Assembly: GCA_024400785.1 (NCBI GenBank)
Contig: JAKSME010000003.1
Location: 1 to 48,941 of the forward strand
DNA from: Bacteroidales bacterium
GTDB taxonomy: Bacteria > Bacteroidota > Bacteroidia > Bacteroidales > WCHB1-69
Length of the DNA stretch: 48,941 bases
Direction: 5' to 3'
Shown: piece after piece, positions 1 to 7,000 of the stretch
Position numbering within the stretch: the stretch's first letter is position 1
How the letters are laid out: each line of letters begins with the position of its first letter
Notes under the pieces: model-generated
Told to the model about the DNA's origin: nothing
Seen by the model: only the letters and a program-made list of their open reading frames with translations
Databases searched by the model: none
Made by a program: the position numbers and the translations under genes

Positions 1-741
1 GTCGTTGGCACCAACCAGTACGGCTGCACCAGTACGGCCAGCGCAACGGTGAATGTTTCGCAGCCGGGAGGCCAGCCGTGTCCGGGAGCTGCCACCGTCA
101 CCGATGCCGATGGCAACACCTACGGCACGGTGCAGATTGGCGAGCAATGCTGGATGAAGGAAAACCTGCGCACCACCCATTATGCCGACAACGCGCCCAT
201 CGCGCAGGGCAGCGACACATCTTCTTCCGTCGGCTATTGGTATTATCCGAGCAACAACAGCGCAAATGCAACTACGCTTGGCCTTTTGTATAATTGGGCA
301 GCATTGATGCGCGGTGCGGTTTCCAGCGATGAAAATCCCAGCGGTGTGCAGGGCATCTGTCCTGCGGGCTGGCACGTTCCCAGCGATGCGGAGTGGACAG
401 AACTCACTGATTTTGTAGGAAGTCAGAGTGATTACGCTTGCAACGGTTACAGCAGTAACATCGCCAAGGCGCTGGCCAGCAAGACGGGCTGGATGAATTT
501 TTCAAGCAATTGCGCGGTGGGAAACAATTCAGCCGACAACAATGCTACGGGTTTCGGGATGGTGCCAGCGGGCTATTACAGCGGCAACTTCAACGCTTCC
601 ACCACTGCCTACTGCGCAAGTGCCACGGAGTATAGCGAGAATTATGTTTACAATCGGAACATCGGCTTTTTCTCCTCCACTGTCACGCGCGGCAATTTCA
701 GCAAGTTAACTGCGGTATCGGTTCGCTGCGTGCGCGATTAA
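1..741 (+). CDS. FISUMP-type (Fibrobacter succinogenes major paralogous domain, TIGR02145-like) protein, 5' end outside window
   Basis: Frame 1 is open from base 1, and the listed ORF 49..741 starts at an internal GTG. Motifs GEQCWMKENL, GYWYY, LYNW, CPAGWHVPSDAEW and C-terminal VSVRCVRD match the FISUMP/DUF1566-like pattern. Confidence 0.8.
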   Translation, partial: VVGTNQYGCTSTASATVNVSQPGGQPCPGAATVTDADGNTYGTVQIGEQCWMKENLRTTHYADNAPIAQGSDTSSSVGYWYYPSNNSANATTLGLLYNWAALMRGAVSSDENPSGVQGICPAGWHVPSDAEWTELTDFVGSQSDYACNGYSSNIAKALASKTGWMNFSSNCAVGNNSADNNATGFGMVPAGYYSGNFNASTTAYCASATEYSENYVYNRNIGFFSSTVTRGNFSKLTAVSVRCVRD

Positions 742-745
742 TCAA

Positions 746-817
746 GGTGAGAGGGGAGAAGTGAGAAGTGAGAGGTGAGAGGTGAGAAGTGAGAGTTTCA
801 CTTCTCACTTTTCACTT
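746..817. repeat. GA-rich heptanucleotide tandem repeat (GTGAGAR units), left arm of the inverted pair around the four-helix-bundle gene; includes a local hairpin at 782..808
   Basis: Read directly: ggtgagaggggagaagtgagaagtgagaggtgagaggtgagaagtgagag. gtgagaagtg (782..791) pairs with cacttctcac (799..808) and a T-rich tract follows, so it probably also terminates the upstream gene. Confidence 0.8.
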
Positions 818-825
818 AGAAATAG

Positions 826-833
826 TATTTTTG
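826..833 (+). promoter_or_regulatory. Bacteroidota -7 promoter box TATTTTTG (TAnnTTTG)
   Basis: Exact TAnnTTTG match about 45 nt upstream of ATG 878. Confidence 0.5.
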
Positions 834-877
834 CAGGACAATAACTTTTAATTCTCATTTTCCCTAAATTCTCATCT

Positions 878-1237
878 ATGAAAAATAGTTTGCTTCTAAC
901 AAAAAGTCTTGCTTTTGCAGTAAGGATTGTGAAATTCTATCAGTATTTATGTGATACAAAGAAAGAGTACGTGTTGAGTAAGCAGGTTTTGCGAAGTGGC
1001 ACGAGCATTGGTGCCAATATTCGTGAATGTAAAAATGCGCAGAGCAATGCGGATTTTGTGAGCAAACTATCCATTGCTCTTAAGGAGGCAGATGAAACCC
1101 AGTACTGGCTTGAAGTTCTTACGCTGTCGGATTACATAACAAAAACAGAGTTTGCAAGTATCAACCAAGATGTGGATGAACTAATCGCAATGTTAGTCTC
1201 CGCTATCAAAACCTCAAAACGCAAACTCCCCTCCTAA
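878..1237 (+). CDS. four-helix-bundle protein (23S rRNA intervening-sequence protein / Avd-like family, TIGR02436-like)
   Basis: 119 aa. Motifs RSGTSIGANIRE and LKEADETQYWLEVL are typical of this family. Confidence 0.85.
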   Translation: MKNSLLLTKSLAFAVRIVKFYQYLCDTKKEYVLSKQVLRSGTSIGANIRECKNAQSNADFVSKLSIALKEADETQYWLEVLTLSDYITKTEFASINQDVDELIAMLVSAIKTSKRKLPS

Positions 1238-1240
1238 TAA

Positions 1241-1313
1241 CTCTCACCTCTCACTTCCCACCTCTCCCTTCTCCCTTCTCACCTCTCACTTCTCACCTCT
1301 CACTTTACTTCTC
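1241..1313. repeat. CT-rich heptanucleotide repeat (YTCTCAC units), right arm; reverse complement of the 746..795 arm
   Basis: Read directly: ctctcacctctcacttcccacctctcccttctcccttctcacctctcacttctcacctctcac. It is complementary to the left arm. Confidence 0.8.
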
Positions 1314-1334
1314 GGGGACAAAGACAACAATTCA

Positions 1335-1370
1335 GCGGCTGCCCTCACACAGCCGCGGCTTTTCATTTTC
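1335..1370 (+). terminator. putative intrinsic terminator
   Basis: gcggctg (1335..1341) pairs with cagccgc (1350..1356), followed by ggcttttcatttt. Confidence 0.4.
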
Positions 1371-1415
1371 GGCCATTGCGACAGGGCTCTAAGATATTGC
1401 CCCACAATTTTCATT

Positions 1416-1616
1416 CTAACCAAATTGCTGTGCTCTGCTTTCTACTTCCAAACGGGTTGCCGCTCCCAGTCTTCCAGACTGGCGGCGAGCTGGATGCCTT
1501 GTGCCTGTTGTTCGTTTCGGAGCATTGAAGCGGGATTGGGGCCGGATATAAAACGTGCGGCACGAAGCGAGCAGCAAAGCGACGAGGGTGAGAACGAGAA
1601 GAGAGCGACGGCGCAT
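1416..1616 (-). CDS. small putative lipoprotein (66 aa)
   Basis: Internal ATG of ORF 1416..1736 gives MRRRSLLVLTLVALLLASC, a signal peptide plus lipobox Cys. A TAATTTTG box lies on the minus strand at 1650..1657, about 34 nt upstream. No family was recognised. Confidence 0.45.
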   Translation of the reverse strand: MRRRSLLVLTLVALLLASCRTFYIRPQSRFNAPKRTTGTRHPARRQSGRLGAATRLEVESRAQQFG

Positions 1617-1829
1617 ACGCGGTGGATAATATTTAACAAAATGGAGCTGCAAAATTACGAAATCCGACAAAATCGGGTGGTTAGATTTGGGAAAAAAATA
1701 GTATTTTTGCTGCGGTGGAATGAAAAAGCATTCCAATACTTATTTTATTGATTGATTAAAGCGTTTCGCTTTTTTTTCGTGCGATTTTGAGGAGAAAAGC
1801 GACGTGGAATGTTAAACTTAATCCTCGAA

Positions 1830-2309
1830 ATGATGAAAAAAGCACTTTTAGGAATGTTTTTTATGGCGTTGCTGATGTCGGCAAACGCCCAGTCCAGCAT
1901 CGTTGCCACGGGCGGTGAAGCAACTGGAAACGGTGGAAGCGTCAGTTTCTCCGTCGGACAGATTGTCGTTCAGACCAACGGTGACGGAACCACGACAATC
2001 AGTGAGGGCGTACAGCAACCCTACGAAATTTCCGTGGTTGGGGTCGATGACTACCCGACCATCACGCTCAACGCAACCGTCTATCCGAACCCCACGCTCG
2101 GAAATTTACAATTGACAATGAACAATTTACAATTGAAAGGGGAAGTGCGTGTTTATGATGCAAACGGGAAATATCTGTTTATGAAGAAGATAGAGAACGA
2201 AACAACATTTTTTGATTTGTCGGATTATGCTCCGGGCATATACTATTTAAATGTTTACAGCGACAAACAGATGTTGAAGTCGTTCAAGGTGGTGAAGATG
2301 GGAAAGTGA
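1830..2309 (+). CDS. small secreted protein with T9SS (Por) C-terminal sorting domain
   Basis: Start MMKKALLGMFFMALLMSANAQ is a signal peptide. C-terminal VYPNPT...VRVYDANGK...GIYYLNV...KSFKVVK is the T9SS type A CTD pattern. Confidence 0.75.
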   Translation: MMKKALLGMFFMALLMSANAQSSIVATGGEATGNGGSVSFSVGQIVVQTNGDGTTTISEGVQQPYEISVVGVDDYPTITLNATVYPNPTLGNLQLTMNNLQLKGEVRVYDANGKYLFMKKIENETTFFDLSDYAPGIYYLNVYSDKQMLKSFKVVKMGK

Positions 2310-2388
2310 GTTGAGAGTTGAGACTTGAGACTTAGGACTTGAGACTTAGGACTTTAGACTTAGGACTTTAGACTTTAGACTTTAGACC
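2308..2388. repeat. heptanucleotide tandem repeat (GAGACTT/AGGACTT/TAGACTT units, about 11 units)
   Basis: Read directly: gagttgagagttgagacttgagacttaggacttgagacttaggactttagacttaggactttagactttagactttagacc. Confidence 0.85.
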
Positions 2389-2409
2389 TTCAAAATCAAA
2401 GAAAAAAAG

Positions 2410-2417
2410 TATCTTTG
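2410..2417 (+). promoter_or_regulatory. -7 promoter box TATCTTTG
   Basis: TAnnTTTG match 36 nt upstream of ATG 2453. It lies in an 84-bp module duplicated at 3374..3457. Confidence 0.55.
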
Positions 2418-2452
2418 CGCTCTCATTCATTGCTCACCAAAACTCAAAATCT

Positions 2453-3361
2453 ATGGAAACTCAAATTTCACAAAGCTCTGACATCATTCCCATTGAAACA
2501 AGAATTTTAACACTTAGAAATCAGCAAGTTTTGCTTGATAGGGATTTAGCAGAATTGTATGGTGTTGAAACAAAAGTACTTAATCAGGCGGTAAAGCGAA
2601 ATATTGAGCGATTTCCAACCGATTTTCGCTTCCAATTGACGAAGGAGGAATGTTTAAGGTCACAAATTGTGACCTTAAACACGGCACGAGGCCAACATCT
2701 CAAATATCTTCCGTATGCTTTCACTGAACAAGGTGTCGCTATGCTTTCCTCTGTGCTTAAAAGTGATATAGCCATAACCGTCAGCATTAACATTATGAAA
2801 GCATTTGTTGCCATGAGGCATTTGCAGATGAAGAATGCCCACTTGTTTCAAAGAATGGAAATGATTGAACTGAAACAAATGCAAACAGATGAAAAAGTGG
2901 ATAAAATCCTCAATCAATTAAGCGACCACACCGCGCTTCCGCCCAAGCAGGGAGTTTTCTTCGAAGGACAGATTTTCGATGCCTACCAGTTCGTGGCCGA
3001 CCTCGTCCGCAGCGCAAAATCATCTATTGTCCTGATTGACAACTACGTGAACGACAGCGTGTTGACGCTTCTCGACAAGCGGGCGGTGAATGTGACCGCC
3101 ACCATCGGCGTGAACAAAATCACGCCCGGTCTGCAACTGGATTTGCAGCGCCACAACGCCCAGTATCCGCCCATCGCTGTGCGCGAAATCGCCGCCATCC
3201 ACGACCGCTTTCTGCTGATTGATGGCCAACGGCTCTATACCTTCGGCGCCTCCTTCAAGGATCTGGGCAAGAAGCTGTTCTGTTTCTCGCTGCTTGAAAG
3301 CGAAGAGCTGGTGCGCACGGTCAGCGCAATGTTGCAAGGGGGAGCGGAGCTTTGGACCTGA
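2453..3361 (+). CDS. ORF6N (KilA-N-related) domain protein with RhuM-type C-terminal module
   Basis: N-terminal LTLRNQQVLLDRDLAELYGVETKVLNQAVKRNIERFPTDFRFQLT...YLPYAFTEQGVAMLSSVLKS is the ORF6N pattern. The C-terminal 140 aa are nearly identical to those of the next gene. Confidence 0.85.
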   Translation: METQISQSSDIIPIETRILTLRNQQVLLDRDLAELYGVETKVLNQAVKRNIERFPTDFRFQLTKEECLRSQIVTLNTARGQHLKYLPYAFTEQGVAMLSSVLKSDIAITVSINIMKAFVAMRHLQMKNAHLFQRMEMIELKQMQTDEKVDKILNQLSDHTALPPKQGVFFEGQIFDAYQFVADLVRSAKSSIVLIDNYVNDSVLTLLDKRAVNVTATIGVNKITPGLQLDLQRHNAQYPPIAVREIAAIHDRFLLIDGQRLYTFGASFKDLGKKLFCFSLLESEELVRTVSAMLQGGAELWT

Positions 3362-3400
3362 GACTTTAGACTCTAGACCTTCAAAATCAAAGAAAAAAAG

Positions 3401-3408
3401 TATCTTTG
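3401..3408 (+). promoter_or_regulatory. -7 promoter box TATCTTTG (duplicate of 2410..2417)
   Basis: Same 84-bp promoter/leader module as upstream of 2453. Confidence 0.55.
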
Positions 3409-3443
3409 CGCTCTCATTCACTGCTCACTAAAACTCAAAATCT

Positions 3444-4322
3444 ATGGAAACTCAAAACATTGAAAATGAAGTCGTTCTCTACCAAGCTGGCGAATCGTTA
3501 AATTTAGACATCCGAATAAAATACGACACATTGTGGCTGTCACAAAAACAAATGGCCACACTATATGGCACTGAAGTGCCCGCCATTTCAAAACACATCA
3601 AGAATATTTATTCTTCAAAAGAATTAGAAGAAAGTTCAACTCTTTCCAAAATGGAAATAGTTCAGAACGAAGGTGGCCGCAACATCACCCGTTGTACTTC
3701 GATGTACAATTTAGATATGGTAATTGCGATTGGCTACCGCATAAATTCCCAGAAAGCAACTCAATTCCGCATTTGGGCAACGAAAGTTTTGAAAGAATAC
3801 TTATTAAGAGGATATGCCATTTCTCAAAGAGTGGATAGGATTGAGAATCAGGTTCATACGCTGAACTACCAGTTGCAGTCGCTTCTCCACGCCGCGCTCC
3901 CGCCCAAGCAGGGCGTTTTCTTCGAAGGACAGATTTTCGATGCCTACCAGTTCGTGGCCGACCTCGTCCGCAGCGCAAAATCATCTATTGTCCTGATTGA
4001 CAACTACGTGAACGACAGCGTGTTGACGCTTCTCGACAAGCGGGCGGTGAATGTGACCGCCACCATCGGCGTGAACAAAATCACGCCCGGTCTGCAACTG
4101 GATTTGCAGCGCCACAACGCCCAGTATCCGCCCATCGCTGTGCGCGAAATCGCCGCCATCCACGACCGCTTTCTGCTGATTGATGGCCAACGGCTCTATA
4201 CCTTCGGCGCCTCCTTCAAGGATCTGGGCAAGAAGCTGTTCTGTTTCTCGCTGCTTGAAAGCGAAGAGCTGGTGCGCACGGTCGGCGCAATGTTGCAAGG
4301 GGGAGCGGGACTTGAGACCTTA
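3444..4322 (+). CDS. RhuM-family (virulence protein RhuM-like) protein; no in-frame stop at the homologous position, so the ORF runs on to 5852
   Basis: N-terminal YQAGESLNLDIRIKYDTLWLSQKQMATLYG...NLDMVIAIGYRINSQKATQFRIWATKVLKEYLLRGY is the RhuM pattern. The C-terminal module matches gene 2453..3361. The end coordinate is placed where the paralog has its TGA. Confidence 0.7.
3889..4309 (+). repeat. about 420-bp direct duplication of 2928..3348 (shared C-terminal coding module)
   Basis: Aligned by eye at offset 961. Only 3 mismatches were seen. Confidence 0.9.
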
Positions 4323-4437
4323 GACTTTGGACTTCCGCCCTCGGCGGGAAAGAGGAAATGCGGAGGAAATTTTCTCTCATTCCGCTGCTTTCCTTCGACC
4401 TCCGCCCCTTCAATCAAAAAGTCGCAAGTCTCAAGTC
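4308..4437. other. long-range hairpin: ggacttgagac (4308..4318) pairs with gtctcaagtcc (4427..4437), enclosing smaller GC hairpins
   Basis: The 11-bp perfect complement was read directly. An inner ccgcc/ggcgg stem lies at 4335..4347. It sits where a terminator would be expected after the RhuM-like gene. Confidence 0.55.
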
Positions 4438-4525
4438 CACCATGTTCAATTTTCAATAAAAAAAGTCCTTCGACCTCCTGCGGAAGCATCCGCAAGACGA
4501 AACTTTTCACTTCAACAAATTTTCG

Positions 4526-4533
4526 TATTTTTG
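4526..4533 (+). promoter_or_regulatory. -7 promoter box TATTTTTG
   Basis: TAnnTTTG match 21 nt upstream of ATG 4554, inside the 802-aa read-through ORF. Confidence 0.55.
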
Positions 4534-4553
4534 CACCCTTAAATTCAGCATAC

Positions 4554-5852
4554 ATGAACTTCCAACCTGAAATAGAATTTCAACCGCGCAATGTCATCAA
4601 AGCTTTTCAAGAAGAAAAATTGCGGGAAGATTTACAATATTTGAATGCCAATTCTAAGTTCTACCAAAATCTTTTTAAGAAGGAACATATTGACATTCAG
4701 AAAATTAAGAAATTAGAGGATTTAACTTATATCCCTGTCACGACGAAAGAAGACCTGCAACTCCACAATGAGGATTTCTTCTGCGTGGAACGCAATAAGA
4801 TTGCCGACTACATCACAACTTCCGGTACGCTCAGCGACCCCACCACCTTCGCTATGACCCAGCACGACCTCGACCGTCTGGCATACAACGAGGCCATCTC
4901 GTTCGCCGGTGCCGGTGGCAAAGCGGGAGAAGTTTACCAGCTGATGACCACCATCGACAAGCGCTTCATGGCCGGGCTCGCCTACTTCATGGGCGTTATC
5001 AAGATGGGGGCAAGCGTCATCCGTGTCGGCAACGGCATCCCCGAACTCCAGTGGGACACCATCCGCCGCATGAAACCCGATGCCATCATCTGCGTGCCGT
5101 CGTTCATTCTCAAAATCATTCAGTACGCCGAGAAAAACGGCATCGATTATCGTAAATCTTCCATAAAAAAAGCGGTATGTATCGGCGAAAACCTGCGCAA
5201 TCAGGACTTCTCGCTCAACCTGCTCGGCAGCAAAATCAAAGAGAAGTGGGACATCGACCTATACTCCACTTACGCTTCTACCGAAATGGGAACCTCGTTC
5301 TGCGAGTGCGAGGCGGGAAGAGGAGGCCATCATCATCCCGAACTCATCATCTGCGAACTTCTCGATGAAAACAACAATGTCGTCCCCGAAGGCGAAATCG
5401 GCGAACTTACCGTCACCACCCTCGGCGTCGAAGGCATGCCGCTGCTCCGTTTCAAAACCGGCGACATCGCCCGCTTCCACTACGAACCCTGCTCCTGCGG
5501 AAGAACCACCATGCGCATCAGCCCCATCATCGGTCGTAAAAACCAGATGATCAAGCTGAAAGGAACCACACTCTATCCCGCCACCATCTTCGATGTTCTC
5601 GACAATGTGGACTACGTTGAAAACTACGTGGTAGAGGTCTCTTCCAACGAAATCGGAACCGACAGCGTTACCGTGGTTGTCGGTTGTCAAAACCCTGAGG
5701 AAGAAGAAGTTACAAAGGATTTGAAAGACCGTTTCCGCGCTAAATTGCGTGTAGCTCCTGACATTCGTTTCGATTCCATCGACAACATCCGCAAAATCAA
5801 TTTCCCGGAAGCCAAGCGCAAACCCGTGAAATTTATCGATAAAAGAAAATAA
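4554..5852 (+). CDS. phenylacetate-CoA ligase family / coenzyme F390 synthetase-like adenylate-forming enzyme
   Basis: Internal ATG in frame with ORF 3444..5852 and preceded by a promoter box. Motifs YITTSGTLSDP, STYASTEMG, RFKTGDIARF and GRKNQMIKLKGTTLYP are PaaK-like. Confidence 0.85.
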   Translation: MNFQPEIEFQPRNVIKAFQEEKLREDLQYLNANSKFYQNLFKKEHIDIQKIKKLEDLTYIPVTTKEDLQLHNEDFFCVERNKIADYITTSGTLSDPTTFAMTQHDLDRLAYNEAISFAGAGGKAGEVYQLMTTIDKRFMAGLAYFMGVIKMGASVIRVGNGIPELQWDTIRRMKPDAIICVPSFILKIIQYAEKNGIDYRKSSIKKAVCIGENLRNQDFSLNLLGSKIKEKWDIDLYSTYASTEMGTSFCECEAGRGGHHHPELIICELLDENNNVVPEGEIGELTVTTLGVEGMPLLRFKTGDIARFHYEPCSCGRTTMRISPIIGRKNQMIKLKGTTLYPATIFDVLDNVDYVENYVVEVSSNEIGTDSVTVVVGCQNPEEEEVTKDLKDRFRAKLRVAPDIRFDSIDNIRKINFPEAKRKPVKFIDKRK

Positions 5853-5858
5853 ACCACT

Positions 5859-6992
5859 ATGGATCTGAACTTTGACGCCATCCGTCCCTATAACGACGCC
5901 GAAATTCCGGCCGCAGTACAACGCATCGTCGACAACCCCTCTTTCGGCGTGATTTCCGCCTACCTCTTTCCCGGACGCCCGATGGAAGAATTCCGAAAAC
6001 TCTGCCTTACCGCCAAAACCATCGATGAATTTCAAACCATCGTCATGTGGCCCGTGATGCAGTCCATCATCGAACATACCACCGACGGCATTACCGAAGT
6101 CGGATTCGACACCTACAACGACCAGCGCAAGGGGATTTTTGTCTGCAACCACCGCGACATTCTGCTGGACGCCGCCCTCGCCGACTTCTTTCTTTACAAA
6201 CACGACAAACAACGCCCGGAAATTACTTTCGGCAGCAACCTGATGAAGGGAGAAATGGTCATCGACATTGGAAAATGCAACCGTATGTTCCGCATCAACC
6301 GAGGTGGCAACATGCGCGACTTCTACAAAAACTCCCTCGAAGTCTCCGCCTACATGCGCCACGTGGTGACCGAGAAAAAACGCTCTGTCTGGATCGCTCA
6401 GCGCAACGGACGCACCAAAAACGGCGACGACAAAACCGAAATGGCCGAACTCAAAATGTTCTCCCTCAGCAGCGACAAACCGTTTGTGGAAAATCTTGGT
6501 GAAATCAACATCACCCCCATCGCCATCTCCTACGAGTTCGAACCCTGCGACTTTTTGAAAGTCCAAGAATTGTATGTATCTAAGTATCAGAGATATGAAA
6601 AAGGGCCCGACGAAGATTTACAAAGCATTTTGAAAGGCATCACACAGAAAAAAGGCCGTATTAACATTGTAGTCACCCCCACCATCACCCAACAAGAATT
6701 AGAGTTCTGCGATCATTTTGAAAAAAATAAAAAATACCAAAAGTTGGCAGAAATTATCGACCGCCGCATTTACGAAAACTACAAACTCTGGCCCAACAAC
6801 TACATCGCGTATGATATTCTGTATCAGTCGTGTAAATACGAAAACGAATACTCAGAGGAACAGAAAAAAACCTTTGTCAACTACATGGATAACGGGCTTT
6901 CGAAACTGACGGGGGAAATTGACGAATTTCGAGAAATCTTCCTCAACATTTACGCCAATCCGATTATCAACTGCGAAAATTTGTACAAATAA
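5859..6992 (+). CDS. PlsC-superfamily acyltransferase (HX4D)
   Basis: NHRDILLD is the HX4D motif. The gene starts 7 nt after the ligase stop, implying an operon. Confidence 0.75.
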   Translation: MDLNFDAIRPYNDAEIPAAVQRIVDNPSFGVISAYLFPGRPMEEFRKLCLTAKTIDEFQTIVMWPVMQSIIEHTTDGITEVGFDTYNDQRKGIFVCNHRDILLDAALADFFLYKHDKQRPEITFGSNLMKGEMVIDIGKCNRMFRINRGGNMRDFYKNSLEVSAYMRHVVTEKKRSVWIAQRNGRTKNGDDKTEMAELKMFSLSSDKPFVENLGEINITPIAISYEFEPCDFLKVQELYVSKYQRYEKGPDEDLQSILKGITQKKGRINIVVTPTITQQELEFCDHFEKNKKYQKLAEIIDRRIYENYKLWPNNYIAYDILYQSCKYENEYSEEQKKTFVNYMDNGLSKLTGEIDEFREIFLNIYANPIINCENLYK

Positions 6993-7000
6993 CTTTTTCC

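Noticed and set aside
1-1420. A diversity-generating retroelement, since a FISUMP/C-type-lectin-like target protein lies next to an Avd-family four-helix-bundle gene.
   Set aside because: No reverse transcriptase gene follows the Avd-like gene. I could not find a template-repeat copy of the 3' end of the FISUMP gene anywhere in the window. A DGR core further upstream of base 1 cannot be excluded.
746-2388. The heptamer tandem repeats as CRISPR arrays.
   Set aside because: The period is 7 nt with no unique spacers, and no cas genes are present.
3444-5852. A genuine 802-aa RhuM-ligase fusion protein.
   Set aside because: The linker is made of heptamer-repeat and hairpin sequence plus a promoter box. 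The ligase has a normal N-terminus at ATG 4554, and the paralogous gene stops at the equivalent position. It is treated as read-through caused by a lost stop and is reported as a finding.
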